NCBI GenBank assembly: GCA_044222185.1
Contig: JBGANV010000004.1
Span: 128,001-192,000, forward strand
Direction: 5' to 3'
DNA from: Planctomycetota bacterium
GTDB taxonomy: Bacteria; Planctomycetota; GCA-002687715; CAIWVZ01
Length of the DNA stretch: 64,000 nt
This document shows, piece by piece, positions 48,223-58,793 of this stretch (position 1 is its first letter; the number at the start of each line of letters is the position of its first letter). A program made the position numbers and the translations under genes. The notes under the pieces were generated by a model. That model was not told where the DNA came from, did no database searches, and worked only from the letters and a program-made list of their open reading frames with translations.

Positions 48223-50973
48223 ATGACCAGAGTCCCTCTCTCGATCGCCCTCTGCGTTCTCGTCATGACTGCGGTCGGTGCCCAGTCGGTCGCGCCTCCG
48301 ACGAGCGCTGGCGGCGGTTCTGGCGGGGCTTCCGGTCAGATCCTCTGGCAGCGCTCGCTCGAGGATGCCCAGGCGCTGGCGAAGGCTCTCGATCGGCCGA
48401 TCCTCATCGCCGTGAACATGGATGGAGAGAGCGCGAGCGATCGCATCACGCGCGAGATCTACCGTGACCCCGAGTTCGTGGCGGCGACGCGCAAGTGCGT
48501 GTGCCTGATGTCGAGCGCGTTTCGCCACAACCTGCGCGACTACGACGACGATGGTCGCCGCATTCCCTGCCCGCGTTTCGGCGAGATCACGTGCGGAGAG
48601 CACGTCGTTCTCGAGCCGATCATCTACAAGCGATATTTGTCCGATGCGGACCGCGTCGCGCCGCGCCACGCGCTGATCCTGCGCAACCGACAGAAGGCCT
48701 GGGATCTCTTCCTCAACTTCGATCTGCGGGACGTCAAGACGCAGTTCCTCGAGTCGATGAAGTCCGAGCCGGCCGTCGTCGAGCCCGAAACGAATCCGGT
48801 GAATGCACCGTGCACCGACGACGATTGGGCGCGATTGGCCTCGTGTCGCGACTGCAAGGGTCGCTCCGAGCTGGAGGCCGCGATCGCAGGCTGCCGCGGA
48901 CCGTCTCTCGTCATGGCGCTCGACGGCCTGCGCAAGCACGGCGATCCGGGTGCACTGGGCGCGTTCCGCGTGCTCGTCGCGAGCTTCGCCGATCGGGACG
49001 AGGACGAGCGTGAGCGGATCCTCGGCGCCGCTCACGATCTGGTTCTCGACTCGCAGGTCGCGGACGTCCTGCGGGAGCAAGTCCAATCGCTCGGGCGCAT
49101 CCCCTTCGACGGTCTTTCAGCCGGGCGCGATCTTCTCGTGTCCGCCATGGCACGCCTCGATCCGACGGCGCCGGAGGTCCGGCGGCTGGTCATCGCGGGT
49201 CGTGGGCTCGGCGGCTTGGATCGTGCAACGTCCGCCGTCATCACGCGCACGCACGATCCGGCAGTCGCGGCCCTGGTCGACGCGACGGTCGCTGCCCACG
49301 GCGCCGCGTTCTCGCTGGAGGCGGCGTTGCGTGCGGCGCGATCCGTCAGGGCGTCCGCCGCGCCCGGGACATTCCCGAAGCCGGGGCGGATCTCGGACGC
49401 CATGCCCGAACTCGCTGACCTCGAGCGCCTGGTCGCGGAGTGCAAGGCTGGCGCGCTGGCGCCCGGAGCCGAGCCCGGCGTCATCGCCCGGTACGCCAAG
49501 GCCTGTCTCGACCTCGGCCGGCGCAAGACGGAGGCGCAGGATCCCGCGGCCGACGCGTCGCTCGCGGACGCCGAGGCCGCATTCGCACGCGCGGTCGCGG
49601 CGAAGGCCGATGAGCCCGACTGGTGGATCGAGCGCGCGCGTACCGCGTACTTCCTCGGCCGCTACGACGACGAGGCGCGATTCGGCCGGCGCGCATTCGG
49701 GTTGATCACGCATGGGGATGGGTTCGATCTGCCAAGCGTCGAGAGGCCGCGGATCGACGACGCGACGCGCCGGATCCTCGGCGATGCCGACGCGGTCGAG
49801 GCGCTCCGGTGGATCGGTGACGGCCTGGCTCGGACCGTCGCCGAGCCGTCGGACGACAACCCGCCCGCCAGGGTCGGGGCCATCGTCGAGGCGTCGCGCG
49901 CGCTCGCGTGCGTGGCTGCGAGCGTCTACTCGGACGCCAACGACTGGCTCGGATTCGCCTCGTTTTTCGCGCGGCTCGGTTTTCAGCGCGAGCAGCTGGC
50001 CGTGATCATCGAGGCCGGTCGACGGTTGCCCGCATCGGCCGAGATCCGCGACGCCATGAATCGAGCGCTTTGGGATGGCGGTCGCATCGAACTCGCCGGC
50101 GAGCTGGCCGATGGACTCGAGAAGGTCCTCGGAGGCGGGGCCGAGGCCGCCTGGTTCTCGGGATACGCCTGGATGCTGGTGGCGGAGAACCAACGGCGCA
50201 CCGAGGCGTCGGATGCGGCCATCACGACCTACCAGAAGGCGATGGACCGTTTTGCGGAAGCTGCCGCGCACGCGGCGACGCAGGCGTCAGCGCGCCTGTT
50301 CACGGCTCTCTCCTGGTTCGGCCGTGGCATGGCGTGCGTGCGAGAGGATCGGCGCGACGATGCCGCGGAGTGTCTCGTGAAGGCCGTCGAGTCGGATCCC
50401 GCGGTCTCGTCGGGCCACGATGGGATGGGTTGCGACGTGCTCGACCTCACGGATCGGATCTTCGAGTGGCGGCAGACCGGTGCGAGCCGCGTCGACTCCG
50501 ACAAGCTCCTCGGTCGTCTCGAGGCGGCGAACCCGGGCAACCCGTTCTGGGCCGTGGCGGTCGCGGATGCAGAGCTCCGCGAAGCCCTCCGCGCGGATGG
50601 CCGCAACCCGGAGAAGGTCGAGCGCGAAACCGTCGACGCCGGGGGAAAGCCGATCCGAATGCTGATGGGTTTGCCGACCGAGGAGGGCGACGTCTACCTG
50701 AAGGCTTCGATCGCAGCCGCGCGCCGCGCGCGTGCGGCCACCGACACGGACGAGACGCGGCGTACACTCGCCCAATCCCTCACGATCTGGGGTGAGCGCA
50801 TGCTCGATCGCAAACGGGCGCTCGACGGGAAGGATGCGTTGATCGAGGCCGCCGAGGTCATGTCCCTGGACAAACCGTCCGACCCGACGGACCCGAAGGC
50901 GCTCACGGACGTGGCCGCGAGCCTGCGGTTCCTCCTGGGCGATGCGCGTCCCAAGCTTCGGCCAAGACGGTAG
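48223..50973 (+). CDS. Secreted thioredoxin-like (no CxxC) plus TPR protein
   Basis: ILWQRSLEDAQALAKALDRPILIAVNMDGESASD...IYRDPEF (Thioredoxin_7-like); CPRFG.ITCGEH; TPRs. Confidence 0.82.
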   Translation: MTRVPLSIALCVLVMTAVGAQSVAPPTSAGGGSGGASGQILWQRSLEDAQALAKALDRPILIAVNMDGESASDRITREIYRDPEFVAATRKCVCLMSSAFRHNLRDYDDDGRRIPCPRFGEITCGEHVVLEPIIYKRYLSDADRVAPRHALILRNRQKAWDLFLNFDLRDVKTQFLESMKSEPAVVEPETNPVNAPCTDDDWARLASCRDCKGRSELEAAIAGCRGPSLVMALDGLRKHGDPGALGAFRVLVASFADRDEDERERILGAAHDLVLDSQVADVLREQVQSLGRIPFDGLSAGRDLLVSAMARLDPTAPEVRRLVIAGRGLGGLDRATSAVITRTHDPAVAALVDATVAAHGAAFSLEAALRAARSVRASAAPGTFPKPGRISDAMPELADLERLVAECKAGALAPGAEPGVIARYAKACLDLGRRKTEAQDPAADASLADAEAAFARAVAAKADEPDWWIERARTAYFLGRYDDEARFGRRAFGLITHGDGFDLPSVERPRIDDATRRILGDADAVEALRWIGDGLARTVAEPSDDNPPARVGAIVEASRALACVAASVYSDANDWLGFASFFARLGFQREQLAVIIEAGRRLPASAEIRDAMNRALWDGGRIELAGELADGLEKVLGGGAEAAWFSGYAWMLVAENQRRTEASDAAITTYQKAMDRFAEAAAHAATQASARLFTALSWFGRGMACVREDRRDDAAECLVKAVESDPAVSSGHDGMGCDVLDLTDRIFEWRQTGASRVDSDKLLGRLEAANPGNPFWAVAVADAELREALRADGRNPEKVERETVDAGGKPIRMLMGLPTEEGDVYLKASIAAARRARAATDTDETRRTLAQSLTIWGERMLDRKRALDGKDALIEAAEVMSLDKPSDPTDPKALTDVAASLRFLLGDARPKLRPRR

Positions 50974-50988
50974 GGCTCCGCCTCCGAC

Positions 50989-52119
50989 TCACCCGCGCCC
51001 GTCCGCGAGCCAGAGCCCCAGGTAGAGGAATTGGGGCACCCAGTGGGAGACGGTGACGAACGGCCCCGCCCACGCCTCTTCCCGTTCCATGCAGAGGCGG
51101 AGCCGGGCCTGGAACGCGGCGCGCGCCGCGTCCGCGCCGCCACCCGCATCGAAGCCGAGGGGCCAGAGGACGGAGATCTGCGCGCCGAGGAGGTGGCAGT
51201 TCCCGAGGGTGATCGTCGCGGGCGGCGGAACGAACGCGGGGGGAACGAACGGGCGAACGCTCGCGTTCGCGGCGTCGGATCCACTGAGGCGTGCGCCGAG
51301 CGCCGCGACGGCGGGCAGATGAAGGAACTCGTAGGTGTTCACCGGGCGTGACGTCGTGGCCCGCGCGGCGAGCACCGCCGCGATCTCCGGCAGCCGGCGC
51401 TGGAAGATGGCGCGCACGCGCGCCGCCGTCTCGGGGCGTGTCGGATGACCGAGCTGAACGAGGATCAGCGGCCACAGCGCGGAGTCGTACGTTCCGCTCA
51501 TCCATTGGTCGCGCGGGATGCGCCGCGTTGCGACGCGAGTCGTGGTTCGCGATGCCGGGCGTGACGCCGGTCGAGATGCGCCGTCGTCGACACCGGGATC
51601 CGGTGCCTGCTCCGCGAACGTGAGCAACCGATCCTCGATGCTCGCCGCGAATCCCCGGGCCGACATCCGCAAGTCGTCGGATGCCGTGTCACGGGCAACC
51701 TCGTCGAGGAGGAGGAACAGCCACGCCTCTGCGTATGCGCCCAGCAGGGCCTTCTCCCGACTTCCCTCGACGTACGCGCGTTCGTTCGCGAGGGAGGCGA
51801 TCGTGAACTGCCCCATCAGCCTGTCGAGTTCCGCCCGGTCGCCGATCCTGCGTGCCCAGTTGAGGAGCGCCCACCACGCGGCGATGTTCGAGTGCCGGTC
51901 GTAGGAACCGGTGAACATGGTGGGGTGCCCCTCGACGACCGGGTCATTCCGCAGTCGGCCCGTGGGCTTCTCCTGGTGCAGCGCGTCGGCCATGAGCGTT
52001 CGCAGTCGCGGGACGCGCGCCGCGAGATCGGCGTCGAGCCACGAGCAGAACGGCCGCGAGTCCTGCGCCAGCGCAACGCACGAAACGACCGACATCAGTA
52101 AGAAGTACCGGCTGCGCAC
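50989..52119 (-). CDS. DUF2891-like secreted protein
   Basis: HPTMFTGSYDRHSN..WW and C-terminal SHWVPQF resemble DUF2891 motifs; signal peptide ending ALA/QDSRP. Confidence 0.65.
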   Translation of the reverse strand: MRSRYFLLMSVVSCVALAQDSRPFCSWLDADLAARVPRLRTLMADALHQEKPTGRLRNDPVVEGHPTMFTGSYDRHSNIAAWWALLNWARRIGDRAELDRLMGQFTIASLANERAYVEGSREKALLGAYAEAWLFLLLDEVARDTASDDLRMSARGFAASIEDRLLTFAEQAPDPGVDDGASRPASRPASRTTTRVATRRIPRDQWMSGTYDSALWPLILVQLGHPTRPETAARVRAIFQRRLPEIAAVLAARATTSRPVNTYEFLHLPAVAALGARLSGSDAANASVRPFVPPAFVPPPATITLGNCHLLGAQISVLWPLGFDAGGGADAARAAFQARLRLCMEREEAWAGPFVTVSHWVPQFLYLGLWLADGRG

Positions 52120-52402
52120 GGGGGTCTCCGCTCGTGCCCGGCGACGCCGGCAGGGGCCCGACGGCAGCGGGGACGGCTCGTTGCGGCTTGTCAGATGCGA
52201 GCTTAGGAGCGGACGGGGGGGAGCGGAACGGGATTCGCCCCACCGTTCGCCCGGCCACCCGGCTGCTGCGTCCGACAATCCATTCCTCGCGGCACAGGCC
52301 TCGGGATTCCTCCGTACAATGCCGCCTCGGTTGGAATTCGCGCGCGCATTCACCTGGTGGTCGCTGCGTGCGCGTCGGCTCGCTGGTCTCGAGGAAGTCC
52401 GC

Positions 52403-53905
52403 ATGATTCGTTTCCATCTCGTCGTTCTGACGGCGCTGCTTTGCGCCGCGCTCCCTCTCCATGGACAGTCCACGCTCTACGTCACGGCGGGCGCCGCGTC
52501 GCCGGGAACTGGATCGTTGGCGTCTCCGTTCCCGTCGATCCAAGTGGCGATCAACGCTGCAACCAGCGGTGACACGATCGAAGTGTCGGCTGGAACCTAC
52601 GCCGAGCACGTGAACTTCCTCGGCAAGCGTCTCGTGCTGCGGGCGTCCGATCGCGCGCGTCGAACCGTGATCGACGCGGGTGGCACGGGAACGGCCGTCT
52701 CCCTGGTCAACGGCGAGGCGCCCGGTACCACGATCGAAGGGTTCACGATTCGCAACGGGCTCGGGGCCGCGGGCGCGGGTTCGCCCCCGGCTCCCGGGGT
52801 TGCTGGCGGTCTTGCGCTGTCCGGGGCCACCGTGCTGGTTCGCGGCTGCGTGTTCCTCGACAACACGGGCGGGCGCGGCGGTGATGCTCTCGATGAGTTC
52901 ACGTGCGCAGCGCCCGGGGCCTCGGGCGGCATCGGAGGATTCGGCGCGCTGACGCTCGTGAACTGCGGCTTCGTTCGCAACCACGGCGGCGCGTCCGGGA
53001 TCTCCGGGATTCCGTGCATGACGAGCGGCAGTGCCGGCGCCGTGCAGGTGCAGGGGTCGGTCTTGATCGTGCACTGCACGTTCTCGGCGAACGTCGGCGG
53101 GACGTCGCAATGGTGCCCTGGCGGAGCCGGCGGCGTCGTCGCCGGTCCGTCGTCGATCGTGACGATCGAGAACTCGATCCTTTGGGCGGATGCCGGTGGT
53201 GCAGGCACGACGGTCGGGGCGGGCGAGGTGGCTGGACCGGCCACCGTCGCGTGGAGCGACGTGGCGGGCGGGTTCTCGGGGCTGGGCAACATCGACTCCA
53301 ATCCCATGTTCGTCGCCGGGCCGCTCACCCTCGCACCGGGGGACCCGTCATGGGACATCCATCTGCGCCTCGACTCGCCGTGCCGCGACAGCGTGTTTCC
53401 GCCAACCGGCGGATATCCCGAGCGTGACCTGGACGGCGATGCGCGCGTCGCGAACCAGGCCGCGGACATGGGAGCTGACGAGGTCCTCGGCGGCAACGGA
53501 ACGTCGCCGGCCGCCACCGCTCTCACGTGCTTCATCAACGGCAACGACAACCCGAACGTCCTCCAACGCGTCGTCAACGCCGGCGACACCATCGCCGTGA
53601 GCTTCACATCGCCCATCTTCGTCGGGTATCCGGCCCTGCTCGCTCTGCAGATCTACGTCGACGGACATCCGCCGGCGGGAATCGCCGGGGTATTCCACCT
53701 CGATCCCGCGGTGACGATCCCGTTCTACGGAGCCCTGGCGCCGAACTTCGGAGGAGCGCTCATGACACCCTGGGGCGTCAACTTCAGCTTCGCGGCGCCG
53801 CCCGGCGTCGCGGGCCTGGACGTTCGGGTGCAGGGCGTTTCGTGGGTGCCGGATCCGCAGGCGCCGTTCTGGCCGACCGTCGCGCTCGATCTCCAGTTCC
53901 GTTGA
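52403..53905 (+). CDS. Secreted DUF1565 / right-handed beta-helix protein
   Basis: GTGSLASPFPSIQVAI..A.SGDTIEVSAGTYAE; IEGFTIRNG; NIDSNPMF; DMGADE. Confidence 0.87.
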   Translation: MIRFHLVVLTALLCAALPLHGQSTLYVTAGAASPGTGSLASPFPSIQVAINAATSGDTIEVSAGTYAEHVNFLGKRLVLRASDRARRTVIDAGGTGTAVSLVNGEAPGTTIEGFTIRNGLGAAGAGSPPAPGVAGGLALSGATVLVRGCVFLDNTGGRGGDALDEFTCAAPGASGGIGGFGALTLVNCGFVRNHGGASGISGIPCMTSGSAGAVQVQGSVLIVHCTFSANVGGTSQWCPGGAGGVVAGPSSIVTIENSILWADAGGAGTTVGAGEVAGPATVAWSDVAGGFSGLGNIDSNPMFVAGPLTLAPGDPSWDIHLRLDSPCRDSVFPPTGGYPERDLDGDARVANQAADMGADEVLGGNGTSPAATALTCFINGNDNPNVLQRVVNAGDTIAVSFTSPIFVGYPALLALQIYVDGHPPAGIAGVFHLDPAVTIPFYGALAPNFGGALMTPWGVNFSFAAPPGVAGLDVRVQGVSWVPDPQAPFWPTVALDLQFR

Positions 53906-53976
53906 TCGCGTGAGCGTTCGCGACGGCCACGCTCGGCCGTCGCGGTGACGCATGGTGTGGTAACCTGCCGCCCGCC

Positions 53977-55257
53977 ATGCGCGCCCTCTTCAAGATCTCC
54001 CTGACGAAACAGATCCTCATCGGCCTCGTCGTCGGGGTCTTGTTCGGGTGTTTCATCCACTACGGCCTCGACGGAAACGAGACCGTCATCGCCTGGACGC
54101 GGGTTCTCTCCCGCGTCTTCCTCAAGCTCATCAAGCTGATCATCGCGCCGCTGATCTTCTCCACGCTCGTCGTGGGAATTGCGGGCGCGGGGCACCTGAA
54201 GGAAGTGGGCAGGATCGGGGTGAAGTCCCTGATCTACTTCGAAGTCGTCACGACCGTGGCGCTGTTCATCGGGCTCGGGGCCGTCAACCTGACGCGTCCT
54301 GGCGTGGGCGTGAACATCCCGAACGAGCTTTCGGTGGAGGCGAAGGAGATCGCGTCGACGGCGAGCCACGTCACGCCGCAGGATCACATCGTCAACATCT
54401 TCCCGTCGAGCGTCGTCGATTCCATGGCGCGCAACGACGTCTTGCAGATCGTCGTCTTCAGCCTCCTGTTCGCCGCTGGTCTCGCGGCGTTGCGGGAGCG
54501 GGGCAAGCCGCTTCTCGCGGTGTGCGAGGGGCTCTCCGAGACCATGTTCAAGATCACGAACTACGTGATGTACATGGCGCCCTGGGGCGTCGGCGCAGCC
54601 ATGGCCGTGACCGTCGGCGGACGCGGGCTGAGCGTGCTGAAGAACCTCGGATGGCTCGTCGGCACGCTCTACGGGGCGTTGATCGTCTTCATCGTCGTCG
54701 TGCTCGGAACCGTCGCCTTCATCGTCAAGCTGCCCGTGCGGGAGTTCCTGCGGCAGGTGAAGGAACCGTTCATCCTGGCGTTCACGACGACGTCGAGCGA
54801 GTCGGCCCTGCCGAAGGCGCTCGAGAACATGCAGAAGCTCGGCGTACCCAAGCGCATCGTCGGCTTCGTGCTGCCCATGGGCTACAGCTTCAATCTGGAT
54901 GGCTCCACGCTCTACTTGTCGCTGGCGACCGTCTTCGTCGCGCAGGCCGCCAACGTCGACCTGAGTCTGGGGCAGCAGCTCACGATCCTGCTCACGCTCA
55001 TGCTGACGTCGAAGGGGATCGCGGCCGTGCCGCGCGCGTCCCTGGTCGTGCTCTCGGGAACTCTCGCCACGTTTCATCTGCCGCTCGAGGGCGTGGCGCT
55101 CATCCTCGGCGTCGACGAGTTGATGGACATGGCGCGCACGGCGACCAACGTGCTCGGCAACTGCCTCGCGTCGGTCGCCGTCGCGAAGTGGGAGGGGCAG
55201 TTCCCCGACCCGGAGGCGAAGCGGTTGGTCGCGAACGGTGAGGGTGGGGCGCGGTAG
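53977..55257 (+). CDS. Dicarboxylate/amino acid:cation symporter (GltP/DctA family)
   Basis: AFTTTSSESALP, GYSFNLDGS, TSKG.AAVPRAS, DMARTATNV. Confidence 0.95.
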   Translation: MRALFKISLTKQILIGLVVGVLFGCFIHYGLDGNETVIAWTRVLSRVFLKLIKLIIAPLIFSTLVVGIAGAGHLKEVGRIGVKSLIYFEVVTTVALFIGLGAVNLTRPGVGVNIPNELSVEAKEIASTASHVTPQDHIVNIFPSSVVDSMARNDVLQIVVFSLLFAAGLAALRERGKPLLAVCEGLSETMFKITNYVMYMAPWGVGAAMAVTVGGRGLSVLKNLGWLVGTLYGALIVFIVVVLGTVAFIVKLPVREFLRQVKEPFILAFTTTSSESALPKALENMQKLGVPKRIVGFVLPMGYSFNLDGSTLYLSLATVFVAQAANVDLSLGQQLTILLTLMLTSKGIAAVPRASLVVLSGTLATFHLPLEGVALILGVDELMDMARTATNVLGNCLASVAVAKWEGQFPDPEAKRLVANGEGGAR

Positions 55258-55272
55258 CCGACCGCACGCGGA

Positions 55273-55788
55273 TCAACCGTGCGGCGTGGCGCGAACCTGG
55301 ATCGCCTGGAGGCCGAACAGTCCGATGGCGGACAGCGCGGCGATCATGCGGACTGGCGTGACGCCTGCCCTCCGCGAGCGATCGACGGGTGGGGCGAGCA
55401 TCAGGCCGAGGCTCACGATGGCGAACACGAACGAGAGTGCCTTGCAGCCGACCACGAGTACGCCGCGGTAGGAGTCCTCCGTCGCTGGCCCGAAGTCGTC
55501 GAAAGAGCCGGGATGCCATGAGGCTTCGCCGTGCGCGCCCAACATGGCACCCGGCAGGAGGGCGAGCAGGATCGCGATGGCGCACGCGCGCATGCCGACG
55601 CGCTTGGGCGGGTCTTCCAACGTCTCGCGGGCGATCGTGCTGCCCACTCCGGTCGCGATGGCCGTGGCGACGCCGATCCCCGACCACGCCCACCACCAGG
55701 ACCCGGTCAGGTCGCGCGAAGCGATCACCGTCGCCGCGCCGATCGGTGCCGCTGAACTGGCGACGGCCCGGAGCCTCTGCGCTGACAT
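55273..55788 (-). CDS. Small membrane protein, paralog of 56199-56711
   Basis: ASRDL..SWW...GIG...FDD...GL.GLQAIQV shared with the neighbouring gene. Confidence 0.65.
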   Translation of the reverse strand: MSAQRLRAVASSAAPIGAATVIASRDLTGSWWWAWSGIGVATAIATGVGSTIARETLEDPPKRVGMRACAIAILLALLPGAMLGAHGEASWHPGSFDDFGPATEDSYRGVLVVGCKALSFVFAIVSLGLMLAPPVDRSRRAGVTPVRMIAALSAIGLFGLQAIQVRATPHG

Positions 55789-55884
55789 GGCCGCCAGTAT
55801 AGGCGCATCCGTTGTTGCGCGGCGTGGCGAGGGTGGTTTGGTGGGATGTGGTGAACGTGTGGCGGTTGCGGGTTCGCGCAAGCC

Positions 55885-56196
55885 GGACCGCGCGAGGACG
55901 CGCGGCAATCCGGCCAGTCGCCGCCGCGACGGCGGTCGACGTGGCGCTCCGCGACGCGATCGAGGAAGGCGGCGAACGAGGAGGGCCGTCGATCCAGTCG
56001 CCCGGGGAAGATCGCGAAGGAGCGCCGATCGACCCGCCGCGTCAGCGGCGGCGCGATCGGCCGGGTCGCCGGACGACCGCGGCGAAGCCGAGGCGTCCGG
56101 TCCCGCCGGCGTTGATGCGCCGCGGGCCATTCGAAGATCAAGCCGTCGTTCCGGAACGCGCACCGAATCGTCTCCCTCGCCGCCGCAACGACCGCA
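55885..56196 (-). repeat. Diverged third copy of the 10925/11254 repeat family
   Basis: ggaccgcgcgaggacgcgcggcaatccggccagt...ggcgctcc (55885-55950) and ggagcgcc...ggtcc (56019-56103), plus the spacer cattcgaagatcaagccg, match the reverse complement of the 11-kb repeat. Confidence 0.8.
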
Positions 56197-56198
56197 CC

Positions 56199-56711
56199 TC
56201 ACTCCGTCGCCGCATCGAGCGCCTGGATCTGAATCGCGATCAGGCCAGCGAGGCCGACGAGCGAGAGAAGCCAGCACCACCCGAGTCGTGCGTGGCGTGC
56301 CCGTTCCATCGCGTCGTTCAGCGGGACGAGCATCATGAGACAACCCGACCCGAGGGCGAGGAAGCCGCCGAAGGAAAGACAGGTGCACCACGGAAACCAC
56401 CACGCCGAGTCGTCGAAGGGAGACGTCGGCTGACGCAGGGACTGCTCACACCCACCGAGCAGGAGGGCTGGGAGCTGGCCGAGTGCAAACGGCGACACGC
56501 AGAGCGCCGTCAACGCGGCAAACTTCGGCGAGGTGTGGATCTCACGACCCCTGCCCGTCGAGAGCACGGCGGCGATGCCCAGGCTGATCGGGATGCCGAC
56601 GCCGATCCAGATCCACCAATGGCTCTGGCGCAGGTCACGGGATGTGATCAACACGATCGCCGCGAGTGGAGTTGCAGCGCGCGCGACGCGACCGAGGACG
56701 GCAGGCAGCAT
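56199..56711 (-). CDS. Small membrane protein, paralog of 55273-55788
   Basis: ITSRDLRQSHWWIWIGVG...PFDD...GLAGLIAIQIQA; several transmembrane segments. Confidence 0.7.
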   Translation of the reverse strand: MLPAVLGRVARAATPLAAIVLITSRDLRQSHWWIWIGVGIPISLGIAAVLSTGRGREIHTSPKFAALTALCVSPFALGQLPALLLGGCEQSLRQPTSPFDDSAWWFPWCTCLSFGGFLALGSGCLMMLVPLNDAMERARHARLGWCWLLSLVGLAGLIAIQIQALDAATE

Positions 56712-56821
56712 GCGCAGAGCTTAGCCCGCAGCGAGGGGTCTGGGGCCGCTCGAGCGCGGCTTGCGCGACGGCGCGGACGCCCCGTCGGCGGAGCCTCCGC
56801 GGGCACCCGCGGGGCAACACG

Positions 56822-57595
56822 TCACACCGGCGTGACCTTGCGGCACGCTCGGAGCTTCACCGGGATCTGCACTTCGAACCACTTCTGGCCGTTGCGCACG
56901 TCCGGGCCGTTGTAATGGAGCACCCGAACGGGGCCCGCCGCCTCGAACCCGTCGAGTTCGGCAAGCGCCTGCTTCAGCGTCGCGAGGACCCGCTTCGTGT
57001 CGCGCATGCCGTAGCTGCCCTTCGCACCGACGGAGAGGTAGGTGAGCGGCGTCGAGTCGGCGACGCGGACGTCGCCGGCCTGCCCCGCGTCTCCCAGAGT
57101 CGGATTGCGGTAGAGGAACGCCATGGACCACGCGCCGTTCTTCATGTCACCGTCGAGGTCGAGGCCCGGGTAGTCCATCTCCACGGGTGACGTCATGGCG
57201 ATCTGCCGCGATTGGATGTGGTTGAAGAGCTTCCAGAACCCGAGGTTCGAGGCCATGTCGGGCAGCATCGAGCCTGAGACCTCTGCACGCCGGAGGCTCG
57301 GATAGGACTTCAGCTCGATGGCTCCCGGCGCTGTCGGGTCGGCGTACCCGACGGGGAGAGGCGTCGTGATCCGCGCGTCTCCGCAGATCCACAGGTCGGC
57401 TCCGATGCGAGAGGCCTCGAGTTCAGGCTTGCGCCCGACGGGGATGCTCACGCCCGGGGCCGGGAGCGCGGTCGGGGAGAAGACCACGAGCCCACGCGGA
57501 ACCTCCGTCGGGCGTGCGGTGCGAACCTGCCCGACGCCGATGACGCATCCCGCGGCAGCTGAAAGAGCGACGATGAGGACCGTGGTGACGTTCAT
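56822..57595 (-). CDS. SOUL heme-binding family protein
   Basis: IELKSYPSLRRAE, FWKLFNHI...IAMTSPVEM, MAFLY. Confidence 0.85.
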   Translation of the reverse strand: MNVTTVLIVALSAAAGCVIGVGQVRTARPTEVPRGLVVFSPTALPAPGVSIPVGRKPELEASRIGADLWICGDARITTPLPVGYADPTAPGAIELKSYPSLRRAEVSGSMLPDMASNLGFWKLFNHIQSRQIAMTSPVEMDYPGLDLDGDMKNGAWSMAFLYRNPTLGDAGQAGDVRVADSTPLTYLSVGAKGSYGMRDTKRVLATLKQALAELDGFEAAGPVRVLHYNGPDVRNGQKWFEVQIPVKLRACRKVTPV

Positions 57596-57669
57596 GACCC
57601 GACTCCTGGTTGAGGTTTCGCAAGGGCTCGGCGCGCGGCCGAAGCCGCGGCGCCGAGTGCGCGCGTCGA

Positions 57670-58587
57670 TCACTTCGGCAGGATCATCGTGTCGATCACG
57701 TGGATGATGCCGTTCGACGCGTTGATGTCCGCCGCGAGCACCTTGGCTCCGCCGACCGTGAGGCCTCCGTCCGCCGACACGATCGCGAGCTTCCCGCCTT
57801 GGAGACTCGCGGCCTCCTTGACCTTCGCCGCCGCCGTCGAGTCGACGCGCCCGGCGAGCACGTGGAGCTTGAGGATGTCTGCGAGCTTGGACTTGTTCTC
57901 GGGCTTCAGGAGATCCTGGACCGTACCTTTCGGCAACTTCGCGAACGCCTCGTCGGTCGGTGCGAAGACCGTGAACGGCCCGCCCGTCCCGAGCGTGTCG
58001 GCGAGCCCGGCTGCCTTCGCCGCCGCGAGCAGGGTCTCGAACTTCCCGGCACCTGCGGCGACGTCGACGATGGACTTGTCGGTCGGCAGCAGCACGCGAT
58101 CGACGACGTGGATCACGCCATTCTTCGCCGCGACGTCGGCCTTCGTGACGGTCGCTCCGTCCACGGTCACCTGATCGCCACTCACCTTGAAGGCGAGGCG
58201 TTGCCCTTGGAGGGTCAGGGCGCCGGTGGATTTCGTGACCTCGGCCGCGCCGAGGCGGGCGCCCACGACGTGGTAGGTGAGGATCGACGTCAGCCTGGCC
58301 TTGTTCTCCGGCTTGAGCAGATCCTCGACGGTGCCCTTGGGCAGCCGGGCGAAGGCTTCGTCCGTCGGCGCGAAGACCGTGAGCGGACCGTCGGCCTTGA
58401 GCGCGTCGACGAGGCCCGCGGCCTTGGCAGCGGCGAGCAGCGTGCCGAAATTCCCGGCGGCCGCGGCCGTCTCGACGATGTCTCCTTCGCTACGGGCGCA
58501 CGCGGCCGCGCCGCCGTGGGATTGGGCGACGACGGAGGTCCCGGCGATCGAAAGAGTTGCGATGCAGGCGAGTGCGAGCGTTCTCAT
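57670..58587 (-). CDS. Tandem fasciclin (FAS1) domain protein
   Basis: [10 protein letters not shown] occurs twice; NGVIHVVD and NGIIHVID; signal peptide. Confidence 0.95.
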   Translation of the reverse strand: MRTLALACIATLSIAGTSVVAQSHGGAAACARSEGDIVETAAAAGNFGTLLAAAKAAGLVDALKADGPLTVFAPTDEAFARLPKGTVEDLLKPENKARLTSILTYHVVGARLGAAEVTKSTGALTLQGQRLAFKVSGDQVTVDGATVTKADVAAKNGVIHVVDRVLLPTDKSIVDVAAGAGKFETLLAAAKAAGLADTLGTGGPFTVFAPTDEAFAKLPKGTVQDLLKPENKSKLADILKLHVLAGRVDSTAAAKVKEAASLQGGKLAIVSADGGLTVGGAKVLAADINASNGIIHVIDTMILPK

Positions 58588-58642
58588 GGGTTGCAGCTCC
58601 ATTGCGGGTGATGTGGCGTCTCGGACGGGCCATCGTATGAAA

Positions 58643-58678
58643 CGTCCACAAAGTTCAAAGCGTCCATATCGTCCACGA
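58643..58678. promoter_or_regulatory. Four tandem 9-bp direct repeats, putative operator
   Basis: cgtccacaa / agttcaaag / cgtccatat / cgtccacga at 58643, 58652, 58661 and 58670. Confidence 0.6.
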
Positions 58679-58793
58679 TGGCGAGGGATGAGACGGCGGG
58701 TGCCCGGAATGGCTCCAAGAATTCTTGCGAGTTTTTCTCTTGCCTTCGCGACGAGGCGGCTCAGAATCGGTCAAAACGTCCGGACAAACTCCA

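Noticed and set aside
52205-52260. tRNA-3'-end-like string (gagcggaacgggattcgcccc)
   Set aside because: No cloverleaf or complete T-loop could be built; too short to call an attachment site.
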